Notes under the pieces: model-generated
Told to the model about the DNA's origin: nothing
Database searches by the model: none
Seen by the model: only the letters and a program-made list of their open reading frames with translations
NCBI GenBank assembly: GCA_951406725.2
Contig: OX597834.1
Location: 18,538,001-18,602,000 of the forward strand
Length of the DNA stretch: 64,000 nt
DNA from: Octopus vulgaris
Taxonomy: Eukaryota
Reading direction: 5' to 3'
Shown here: positions 23,336 to 35,228 of the stretch, in pieces
Position numbering within the stretch: the stretch's first letter is position 1
Layout: the number at the start of each line of letters is the position of its first letter
Made by a program: the position numbers and the translations under genes

Positions 23336-26300
23336 ACATACATACATACATACACACATGTACTCGTATATGAGAGAGGAAGAGACATAGTAAGAGAGGG
23401 GAGAGCATACAATGAGAGGGAGAAACATATATAAAGAGAGGGAGCAGGGGGGAAATATATTTGGTTGAGGCGGTTGCCACCTCTCACTTGCAGGTGTTTC
23501 CATAATCTAATAGAAAAGAGAAAGTAGAGAAACCCCCCCAACGTCCGGCATGTTCTAATGACAAGGCCTTATACGAAGAAGCCAGGAAGAAAAATGAAGG
23601 GCCATTATCTTCAGGAACGAAGGATTAGCTAATCCGAAAAACCAAGTCTTTTACCGATACTAATAGACTAAAAGAACATTTAAAGTCGAAGCGAAATGTG
23701 TCAAATTTGAATCTACACACACTCACGTACATCCACAGACACAAGCATGCATGCACATACACACACGCACACGGGACCCAGAGTATTTTTAGAGTTGATT
23801 CGTGCTTCGTAGATTAGACAAATTGGGAATATTGGTGAATTGAGATAAGCCACTTATAGAAGATTGTTTGATTTACGACCTAAGCGGCCTTAGTAGTGGT
23901 TTATTTAGCCCCACACCCCACCTCCCTGTCATAAACACTATGTGTACTGAGTTTTGCAGCCATTAATGAAATGGTCCGTATGTTAATGCAATGAATATGT
24001 GCAGATAGAGCACGTACCTGTCCTCTCTCTCTCCTTTCTCACACATTCACATAGCAAGACATACATAGGAGTATTTATGTTGAAGCACGAAACACACACA
24101 CACACACACACACACAATACGACATATCTAAAAAAAATGATGATGATGAGAGAGAGAGAGAGAGCTCGATGTGAAAATGTGTGCGCTTGCGCGTGAGGGT
24201 TATATATATATGGAGAGAGAGAGTAAACGTTCACAACACCAATGGAGGAAGGTCCAGCAGAGTGCGCGCACGCACGAGAGAGAGATAGAGATATAGACAT
24301 AAGGGGAGAGAAACTGAATATAGAAAAACCGGGGAGTATCCTGAATATTAAAATAGTATACTTTACATATCAAGGATGAGGAAACCCCGCCCGCGGGTGC
24401 AATTGCGCCCGTGAGCCCACTTTATTGTGCCCGCAGGCTGATGTACTCCTATGTACAAAATATAGTAAATTTTTCAATTATAAAATTTATAGAATATTCG
24501 TATGTCTATTTGAGGCATAGGTCGCGTTTCCAATACGACTTGAAACGGTGAAACTCGAATAGAAAACCGTCCGGTAATTGCCATTTAAATGGAAACTTTG
24601 CTTTCTCTATAAAACGCTTATAACTGGGTTTGTATCACCCCCTTGAGACCCAACTATACTCTAGCTGAAAAATACAGAGTCCCTCATAAGTAATATAAAA
24701 TTCAGTGGCGGCGCTAATGAAGATGTTACGCGTTAATTTAATGTCTTAAAACTTATCTTTATTAATGTGTATCGAATTATACATAGATATATACAAGATT
24801 TATACAGATGTAAGAGTTAGAACTTGTGATCCTACCGAGGACCTTTTCCTTTGGAAATTTTTGCCTGTCTCACTAAAGTTACCCCGCCCCTGTTTTACAT
24901 TAATATATATATATTAATATATGTTCAATTGACATCACACACACACACACACATGCATTTCCTGCATGAATGCAAGACATGCAATGAATACCTAAAATGT
25001 AGAATAAATGCAAATAAGAAATCAGATTTAAGTACAAGTCTTTCATTTTTATGAGAAACATCTGGAAATTGGATGCATATAAATCTATGTACTATATTTC
25101 AATTACATATGGCTTGATGTACTAAATACTAGTGAATAAAATAAAACGGGCAGAAATATTACAGAAGTCTGCAAAAGAACTGTTCCAAATACTCGATAGA
25201 CATTGGACAGCAAGGAAGTGATGAGACTGCAAAACGTACAAAAGTGGTGCTATAGGAATTTGTCAGGAGGAAGAAAATAATGGCAATCTGATGAAAAGTT
25301 TCAAGAAGCCACTTGAAAGAAAGACAAGACTATTGAAAAGGTTGTAAGAGGCAACGAAAATTTTAGGAAAATAAAAATAAGGAATAAGTGGAAATTGTTC
25401 CGGTGAGTGTGTTACATTATAAGGCACAAAAAGAAAATGACTCTCCCCAGACACAACAGAACTTGAAAGAAATTTCTACAGAAATCAAATACAAGCTACC
25501 CTTACGCCTATATTTAAAGGGGTGGGGATACAAAGTTAGAGGAGATGTGGTGGAAGGAAAGTGTTTCTCAGGAGGTTATCATAAAGTAAAATGTGAGCGG
25601 AGTCTATGTGGTTCTTTAGAGCACTGGGTAAGTAGCTGAACAGTAATTAGTTCCTTAACTCTTTGCCTGTCCAAAGCATTTTCGTTAGGTCAGTCCAAAA
25701 CGTCCAGGCTTGTTTTTTGCACTTTTATTTAGCCTTTGTTTCGTACTTTCTGAGTAATAAGAAAGCTTTCTTTTCGTAAATTCTATAAGGCGGACTGACA
25801 AGCCTTCTTAGATATTTCTTTGCTAAAAGGAAGAGGAAAGATACGATGATTTAAGGCAGGACTCTTCGTCATGTTTAGAAAACTATTTCCTCTTGCTCTT
25901 AGTATCATACATGAAATCAAAGTTTTCTACAGCGACACAACAGCACGAAGTGGTTGCCAAGTTTGGTGGTCGGAAAAACAAAAACTAGGAATGTGCATCA
26001 TACTGCATGAAAGCCAGGGAAATATGTCCTGTGTATCATGTGATACAGAGGACAGGCAAATAATCAATCTTTTTGTTATCATATTTCACTGCCTTTCAGT
26101 TAGTTTTAAAAATAGCAAAAAATTTAGTAAAATGACTGTCAGTATTAAAATGGATTTAGAATATGAATTAACATGAAATTTTGATGGAAGGATTTATTTC
26201 AGAGCCTTTTAAAATGAAGCAAGAAGTTTATATCAAGGAACTAAGAGCTGTTTCAGGTGAGTTGATATAAAAAACGGTCAAAGGCTTATCTCCACTGACT

Positions 26301-26766
26301 GCAAGAAAAGGATTGGATAAATATAGAAGTAACAGTATCAGTCTGAATCATAAATGGTTTTGCTTGAGGCAAGAATAAATGAATGAGTTATTACAGGAAG
26401 CTCAATGAATAAATAGAATAAATTATTAAATAATACATGCAAGGATCCCTCTGTGAACAAAATGTTTAAAGTTAACAGAAATTATTGCTAGAATTCCAGA
26501 ATTTGATTAAGTGTTATCGTTTTTCTTTTCATTCTCAGGAATTTGTTATCAAAGACTTTCCTAAGCTTCGAGCGAGTTATTAGTTTTCATTTACTGTTTA
26601 GGTTTTGGTGCCAGATATATAAGAAAAGGGATGCAATTTCGAACCTAGTCTTGGGTATAGATTAATATCTTACAGGGTGGGAATTTTTAGAACAAATATG
26701 GTGCATGCACTTCTGTTTCTGAATTCTTTAAAACTTCAGTTCTTCAAGCACCGTCGCATCGATTTC

Positions 26767-27057
26767 TTATTGATTTTGTTCGTTATCGATTGAGTTTGTT
26801 TTCTCCAAAGTTCCTTCGTGGAATCGACGGGTCATCTCGCATAAATCCTCCTGCATTTTCTGCATCTGCTGTTCCAGGAGAAACAGGTCAGCGCTCGCAG
26901 AATCGTTCGAGTGCGTTGGCGGCGGTGGCATCTTACTGAACGTATCGTCCACAAAACTACCCATTTTGTCGGGTCCCCACATTGGAATGGCATCCGGATT
27001 GATCGGAGACGTTTGAAAGGGCTTAGGGTCGGCAGCAGAAAGTGTTGTAGTATTGTC
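26767..27057 (-). CDS. Terminal coding exon of an unidentified gene
   Basis: Acceptor catgttttag, then 96 codons DNTTTLSAADPKPFQTSPINPDAIPMWGPDK...DLFLLEQQMQKMQEDLCEMTRRFHEG...NQ*. Coding-like, GC-richer island with a C-terminal coiled-coil-like segment. Confidence 0.65.
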   Translation of the reverse strand, partial: DNTTTLSAADPKPFQTSPINPDAIPMWGPDKMGSFVDDTFSKMPPPPTHSNDSASADLFLLEQQMQKMQEDLCEMTRRFHEGTLEKTNSIDNEQNQ

Positions 27058-27813
27058 CTAAAACATGTATGAACAAAGTGGTATATTCTTAGCATAATCA
27101 GCGAAATGGGATTACAAAGGAGCCAGAATTAAAAAAAAAAATATTTAAAAAAACAAAATAAAAATATAAAAAGCAATATTGTAAATTTAAAAAATTAATA
27201 AAAACGAAAAAATTCCTAATACATATAAAATCATTGTTATACTGTAGTTATAAAAGATTTTGGTAGTGGCAGCGGTAGATTTCTATATTTCAGATAACAA
27301 ATAGTCTCTAAATAAACAACATAAGCTACTAATATTTTGAATTCATAATTACTGGATAATTATTTTGTAATTGAACATATGTATGCCGATAACAATACGA
27401 TTTTGTATTTTAGTAGTAATAAAGCGATATATTGCAACGATATAGAAATACAAAGATTATGCAATGGTAATTACACATGCTGACAATGCACATAATCGCT
27501 CTATACACGCAGCAGCAACAACAATACTGTAAACATACATGCTATCTAACATACATTTTGGGACGATAGGAAATTTAGGTTAAAGAGATAAGTCATCATG
27601 GTTACTTTATTGCAAAATTATGAAAGAAAAGACAAAGAAGTTTTAGTGTTATAAACAATATAATCTCATGCATAGTCAACCACAAGGGTTTGTTTGTGCG
27701 CATTATTTGTATAAGTACAAGTAAGGATATATAAACCTCAGACGGGCAGAAATATCCAAGATTGGACTGGTTGAATACCTTATAATATAGGCACACACAT
27801 ATTAGAAAAACCC

Positions 27814-28105
27814 AGAGAGAAGATGGAGATAAGATAGAGATAAGATTAATAAAAATTTACTAATACATTGACAAGACCTACAATTGTTTCACTTCATCGC
27901 TTATAGTATAAAAAAAAATCATTTTGGATTAATTTAAGTTTCTTTGTACGTTCTTCCCTGGTGATATTCTGGGTTATAATAATTAACCAAACTGATTTAA
28001 TTAAATCAAATTTGACTGATTTTATACGATAAGCAATGAATTGAAACAATTATAGGTCTTGTCAATGTATTAATAACATTTTATCGATATTCTCTCCATA
28101 TCTCT
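27814..28105. mobile_element. Foldback MITE-like element
   Basis: TAATACATTGACAAGACCTACAATTGTTTCA... (27861) pairs with ...TGAAACAATTATAGGTCTTGTCAATGTATTA (28072). Confidence 0.7.
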
Positions 28106-29275
28106 TGGTTTATTTATATATATATAGGAAAGAGAGAGAGAGAATACTTGGATTAGCAACATATTATGAAGGGGATGGAGGGAGGGGTATCTGCGAGCGA
28201 GATAGAAAGGCAATGAGAAAGAAGAGGCGATAAGGTAGTCTTGGGGTGTATTCTTTATTCGATACAGTCCCTCTCGATAACACACCAACGCCGGTTGTCA
28301 AGCGGTGATGGCGGGGGGGGGGGAGCAACAGACACAAAGACACACACATACACATAAATAAATGTATACAATAGGCTTCTTTTCAGTTTCTGCCTACCAA
28401 AACCATTCAAAAAACTTTGGTCAGCTCAAGGCTACAGAAGACCCTTGCTCAAGGTGCCACGCTGTGAGATTGAACCAAGAATTATATATTTGGGAAACAA
28501 ACTTCTCACTACACAACCACACCAGCGCCTAGTTGACGATTTTCAAAACTATTTAAAATCTAGCTGTTAAAGCTGTTTAGTGAGTAAAATTATGTAAAAG
28601 TAGATTTACTTATTTATAAATATAATTTTAAAAGCATGTTGCGTCTCTAGAGCATAAGCAATCCTTGTTTCTACTTATCAAACAATTTTACCATCCCTAG
28701 TCTGTTTGGTAGCTAGACCTGCTGAAAATAGCAACCAAATCTCACTCCCTCAACGCACATCCTATCGTATTAAAAGAAAAAAATTTGTTACACGTTGATA
28801 CCTCATCTCCACCATCCTCTCTCCCTTTTCTCTGCTGGGATAGCCATGTATTTTCCTCAACAGCCAGAGACCTGTTCTTGCCCCCAACCTTTCATACTTT
28901 AGCCTCTCAATATCTATTTCTTTATTACCCACAAGGGGCTAAACACAGAGGGGACAAACAAGGACAGACATAGGTATTAAGTCGATTACATCGACCCCAG
29001 TGCGTAACTGGTACTTAATTTATCGACCCCGAATCTGGCAAAAAGCTACCTACTCCAATACTGCAAACCCCAACTCAGTCAGGGGTCTTTGTCCTGCGAG
29101 ATAACCTGATGACCTCACAAGTACTAGTGCCACAAAATCAAAGAATAGCACCCAATACACATTGTGAAGATGTTGGAATTAGGAAAGGCAGTCAACTATA
29201 GAAACTGTACCAAAGCAGACCCAGGCTAGTCGACATGCCAGCACAGAATACGGATATTAAACGATGACATCATTA

Positions 29276-29346
<71 letters not shown>

Positions 29347-29773
29347 GGGTGGGGGGTAGTAGATGATCCTTACCAAAGTTGCTGATGGTAGGTCTTCCAG
29401 ATCAGAATTTGCATCAGACGTTCTTATTGCAATCAGGAAAAACATCCGGCTACATAGTAATGTTTTTTTTAAGTCGGTCTATTAAACAAATATTGTTAGG
29501 CTATAATAGTATTTGTATTTGATCAAGTGGAAACTCAGTGTTTTTTGTGTTTTATTATTTTATTTTTGTACAGTACACGCCTGTTTCTCTGTCTGTGTGT
29601 GTGTGTGTATTTCACGTGGTGAATTTACTGAAAAATAATGGAGACATTTTATAGTCACACTAGAGTCAAATTTGTTAATCGTGTTTGATTGGGACTTCAA
29701 GTTTTCCTTTAAAGAGCGGTTTAACTTGTGAAGTCACAATTTAAAAATCTAAAACTAAACTCCCAGTCAACTC

Positions 29774-29804
<31 letters not shown>

Positions 29805-29826
29805 AATTCATCTTTCGTAATGTACG

Positions 29827-30088
29827 GAATAGTACATTGGTTAGAACAAATGAAGTAACTGTTCCTTTATTTATATACAGGTATAGCAAGTCCTTAACTT
29901 AGAAAACACACACACACTCTCTCTCTCTTTCTCTAGTTAGATGAAAAGTTCTTAAATGTAAATAAAGTAAATATTCTACTTTTATTTCGTTTCATTAGAA
30001 AAATTAAGGACTTGCTATACCTGTATATAAATAAAGGAACAGTTCCTTCATTTGTTCTAACTTTATTATTATTACCAATGTATTATTC
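29827..30088. mobile_element. Foldback MITE-like element
   Basis: Near-perfect ~60-bp inverted arms at 29840-29899 and 30002-30061. Confidence 0.75.
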
Positions 30089-31239
30089 ACACACACACAC
30101 ACACACACACAATGTGTGTCCAGGAACAACTAGTCAGTCATAATACTTCAACTTGGAGTGCAACTCCTGGGGGTTAGACTCCCTCTAAGGGTCCACAGAG
30201 GGAAATGAAGCATCACTAATATATTCGTCATTTCAACACTCCTACGAGTACCGGTTCTTCAGGTGTGCCCCGACAACTTAACAGGCTTACAGGTGTGGGG
30301 TTTCATTCATGTCTACGCAGGTTGGTAACTACATGAATGGATGTAGCATTAGCTGAGTGGTTAAAGTGTTTACTTCGCAATACAGAGCTTCCATGTTCGA
30401 TCCCATAAAAGAGCAACCATAACCTCAGATCTACCCAAGTCTTATAAGTGAAAATGTGTAGACGGAAACTGTGCTGAAGCTCGTCGGTGGATTGAACCTA
30501 TAACATGAAAGGTCTAGCCTTGTCACACCAGACACCATCGCACTGATTCTGTGTGAAGATTATGTTACGCGTGTCTGCGGTCTACCCAGCCACTTGCACT
30601 AAAATTTAATTAGTTGATAGCTCAATCGAGTGAACATCTGATTATTCACTATCGGCTTCGACGGTGAACCATTTTTGCTTTTTAGGTGATGTATATAGAT
30701 GTATGGAAGTAACACGGTCAAGAGGTGAGGGGTGCCGAACCGCCACCCGTCAGGTCGGTCGAACCGCCACACGTCAAGCCGGAGAGCAGTAATTTAAATT
30801 ACCATTGGGCGTTTCCATGCAATTTTTATCAAAATATATACTGAAATATTCTTAGCAAAAAAAATTGAAAACATTTGGAATGGTAATTCTATGGAATAAT
30901 TATTTAATGAGATGATTGTTTTAGTTGGTAACAGAATGGGCGACTACAAGAAAATTTGGCGAATGTTTGTTAAGTAAATAACACGTTCGTACATTCATTT
31001 ACCCCACTTAATTCTAATTAATTAACAATGAACACCCCCCGCCCCACACACCACTGCACAGAAAATGTGAGAGTAAAAACATTGAAAGAAAATATTAAAA
31101 AAAAAAGCACGTAAAAGAAAAATAAAATAAATAATTAATTAATGTTACAATAATGCAGAAATGAAAAATAAATAAACAAACAAAAGAATGCAATAAGCAA
31201 ACAGACATTCTTTTAATGATTGGGTCCTGATAAACACGA

Positions 31240-31638
31240 GTATACCTCGACTTAAGTCACATGGTAATACCGACCTAACTCGAAAAGCGACGTAACACGA
31301 AAAAGCATCAAAAAGAATATTTATTAACGTTTATTCTGTTGAGTCTGGGGAGAGTCATTCTCTCTTAGTGCCTTATAATTTAACACACACACATACACCG
31401 GTAAAATTTCCACTCATTTCCTTCTTTATTTTTCTAAAATTTTCGTTGTCTTGCAACCTTTTCAATAGTCGGTAAATATGTTCGTCGAGACCGCCATAAA
31501 GTCGAATAAATTAACTGAGGTTGAGATTTTTTTTTCTATTAAGTTATTTAAAAGGAAAACAAAATGACAACGTAAAAAAAAGAAAACCCCCAAAAACAAG
31601 ACGTAACTCGAAACGGCGTAAGTTGAGGTTTGACTGTA
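31240..31638. mobile_element. Tigger/pogo-like MITE interrupted by repeat family E
   Basis: Ends AGTATACCTCGACTTAAG and CGTAAGTTGAGGTTTGACTG|TA. Internal 31345-31470 matches 25320-25460 and 57450-57690. Confidence 0.55.
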
Positions 31639-31947
31639 CTTTGAAACCATGCGACACAGCATTTCTACCTCAGCCGACCCTGCTTTATTCAAATATTATT
31701 CCGAAAGATACTAAAAGAAGAAAAAGACCACATAACATTCAGATGATACCTGGATAAATTCCTCCTCGAAATACCAGACAAACCACCGACCTTCGGGTAC
31801 ATCTCGGCAAAAAAACTCCCATTTCAAGTGCATTACGATGTCCTAAAACCTCACTTGAAAGACTGTGCCAAGTGGTGCTATTAAGTTTGACATGGTCTGG
31901 GCCAATAATAACCAAAACCTAGCTAAGCCATAATAAAAGAACTAGAA

Positions 31948-32178
31948 GGCGGCGAGCTGGCAGAAACGTTAGCACGCCGGGCGAAATGCTTAGCAGTATT
32001 TCGTCTGTTGTTACGTTCTGAGTTCAAATTCCGCCGAGGTCGACTTTGCCTTTCATCCTTTCGGGGTCGATTAAATAAGTACCAGTTACGCACTGGGGTC
32101 GATCTAATCGACTTAATCCCTTTGTCTGTCCTTGTTTGTCCTCTCTGTGTTTAGCCCCTTGTGGGCAGTAAAGAAATA
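31948..32178 (+). mobile_element. SINE family B, full length with 16-bp TSD
   Basis: TSD ATAATAAAAGAACTAG at 31930-31945 and 32179-32194. Confidence 0.92.
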
Positions 32179-32268
32179 ATAATAAAAGAACTAGTTCAAA
32201 GTACCATTGCAGTGGGATCGAACCCTAGACCTCATGACAACGAAATAAACTTAACCATTAGGCTATGC

Positions 32269-32427
32269 CAGTAGTTCCCAAACTTAGTGGGTCGCAAAAA
32301 ATTATAAAATTATGCATTAGCTTTGATTAACTGCTGTCTATCGCGATACTCAGTAGAGTTAAGTGGGTCGTCATAAACTGGTGTGATAAATAGTGGGTCG
32401 CGACTCTAAAAAGTTTGGGAACAAATG
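32269..32427. mobile_element. hAT-type MITE
   Basis: TIRs CAGTAGTTCCCAAACTT and AAGTTTGGGAACAAATG; 8-bp TSD GGCTATGC/GGATATGC. Confidence 0.8.
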
Positions 32428-34699
32428 GGATATGCTGACCCTGAATTTGTTTATATTATGTTCCCGAGTGTACACACACTATTTAACATCCTGCAATTGT
32501 GTTGAATATTACATAATTCTAGAAATGTTAAAATGAAACTATTTAAAACCATTTAAAAGATTAAACAGATCATATTGTTCTTTATCCTTTCCAATGATGT
32601 CTACACACAAATATTTCCTTCCCCCAATGTTGTCGTCTGTTGCCGAGAAGATGTCGGCTGCTCAATCAAATCATAAAACAGAATGAAAATATAAAATGAA
32701 ATAACGTAACGTACAACAACTAGGACTTGGGCGGAAATATGATATTTCCATTTTTCGGATCCTTAATCTTCAACCTAATTTATTCCCCCGAGATTCTTAA
32801 CTCACAAGTATTAGATACGAATGTACACGTTCTTTCACAGTTCCCTTTCGTTTACTGTACTGTGATCGCTTTTATCTTCCCTTCCTTCCTTTCTTAGACT
32901 CCACTCCCATTTCTTGCTTCATATTTTTCATCTTTCTTCACTAATGTTATGTCATCCAGCCTCAGCTTTGTGTACGTAGAGAGAGAGAGAGACAGAGAGA
33001 AAGAGAGCGAGAGAGAGAGATCGTATGTCCCCTGTAAGTCCGTCTTTTCCCTCAGTCTACTTTACGTTAACAGTATTCTTATCCACATGTACGATCCTCT
33101 ACGATCCTTTTTTTCGTTTGCGCCTTTGCTGGCTGTTTTATATAGTCCAAGTTTCGCCTCCCTTGACTTCCTCTCTATCTCATTATCTATCTATTTGTTT
33201 ATTTGTTTATCTTACTTATGCTATCTTAAAGTTGAGTCACACTTAACGCCTGCTGACGAGCCAGATAAGAACTGGAATTAAAGCATCAAATTTACTTCCC
33301 GTCTCATCCACTTGCTCTCTACACATTCACTGATCTTCAATGTTTTATTGCTACTGTCAGCTATCAACTATGTTGGCAACAGTTTATAGCAACAACAAAG
33401 CACATTACACCTCACAGGGACTCAAAGTATGTAGTGTGTGTTATCGAATTAAAAGTTAGGTGTGGCTTTATGAGCAAAACATGCGGCCCTTTAATGAGCC
33501 AAAGAGCACAATGTAGCGCAGGAGGTGTGCTACGACCATATCGTCTTACTACGATGTATATACGTACACACACACACACACACACACACAACAGTGAAGT
33601 CATCCAAAAGGGTAACACGAGAGGCTGTCACTCGAAGTATTCGTGAAAGCCTCCCACGTCTCGAGTTTAAATCTCGCAGTGGTCTCTTCGGTTATGTTCC
33701 CCATCCATCAGACGACCGCAGTTCGATTAAGTTTACACCCTCCATCCATTTCACGTGTGTAATATTCGCCTCTACATCCTTTAACTTTTTATCTGTTTTC
33801 AGCCATTAGACTGCGGTCATGCTGGGGCACCACCTTAGGTTTTTAGTCGAAAGAATCGACCCTAGTAATTATTTCTATTTGTAAGCCTGGTACTTAATCT
33901 ATCGGGGGTCTTTACCAGTTGTCAAACGGTGATGGGACAACACACACACATGGCGGGCTTCTTTCAGTTTCTATCTATGAAATCCATTTAAAAAGCTTTG
34001 GTCGGTCCACGGCTATCATAGATATTTTATAGATATTTCAAAATTATGATGCTAGGTGTTTCCATTATTTTGCCCAACCCCTGTATCTTGTCCGGCGTGC
34101 TAACGATTCTTATTTCTTTATTGCCCACAAGGGGTTAAACATAGACAGCCCACGGCTATCAAGGTGTCACGCAGTTGGGACTGAACCTGGAACCATGTGG
34201 TTGGGAAGCAAACTTCTTACCACACAGCCACGCCTGCGCCTATATATGAGAATCGACACCGATTTTCTTTAACACTATCCGCAGCTGGTGAGGCTGACAG
34301 TATCAGTGAAATCAGCTGCAATGATGTGAGTTGACACAACGATGTGTTGATAAAGTGATGAGGGGGAAAACATGACTAAAAACATTTTAATCATTTTAAA
34401 TACAAACTTGTTAGTAGTTAAAATATGCTCGAACCCGTAAGCCATTCACTGCATTTTGTCGCTGAGAGCTTACCCGGTGTATTTACACCTATATTTGTCT
34501 ACAGCGAATGGCCCTCTTGCAGGTTCGAATATGCCAGTCGCTCTATATTTTAATCATTTTGTCCTTAGAAATTCTCCTCTCTTCATTCCTGAGGTAACCC
34601 CGCCACCTCACGAGTTTGTCCTCTCATGCAATCTTCTAATATACAAAGCAATTATTATTACGGTGAGCTAGCAGAATCGTTAGCACGCCGGACAAGAAA

Positions 34700-35228
34700 C
34701 AGGGGTTGGACAAAATAAAGGAAACACCTAACATCATAATTTTGAAATATCTATAAAACCGTCAAAAGCTTGTTTATTTTTATGGTCCATGATTTATTAT
34801 TAGTGTTGCTTAATATGTTTTGCTAAAATTGCTTTTTCTTTTCAGATATCATCAGAAAAAGTTAATTAAAATTCATTAAAATGACAGATCTATTAGACTT
34901 TCAAAGACGTCAAATTATTGGTGCACGTATGGCAGGCGCTAGTGTAACGGAAACAGCCGAAATGTTTGGTGTATCAAGAAGTACTGTTTCGAATGTAATG
35001 ACAGCCTTTGAGAAAAAGGAAAAAAAAACCTCCTCGTCGAGACAAAACTCTGGGAGAAAACCAAAACTTTCAGACAGGGACCGTCGGACTCTTACGCGAA
35101 TTGTTAGAAAGGATCACAAAAGCACAGCTCCCCAAATTACTGCAGAGCGTAATGACCACCTCGAGAACCCTGTTTCCACAAAAACTGTTCGCCAGGAGCT
35201 GCACAAAACCGATTTTCAATGGGGATGA
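34700..35228 (+). mobile_element. Tc1-like transposon left end with N-terminal transposase (paired HTH) fragment
   Basis: TIR CAGGGGTTGGACAAAATAA. ORF 34881-35228 MTDLLDFQRRQIIGARMAGASVTETAEMFGVSRSTVS...GRKPKLSDRDRRTL...VSTKTVRQELHK is truncated before the DDE domain. Confidence 0.9.

Noticed and set aside
31948-32035. tRNA-like A and B boxes
   Set aside because: SINE heads without a cloverleaf, followed by SINE bodies and TSDs; not tRNA genes.
34025-34760. Two Tc1 TIRs as the ends of one element
   Set aside because: The termini face each other with the element interiors pointing outward, and they share the same flank, so one is an inverted copy of the other.
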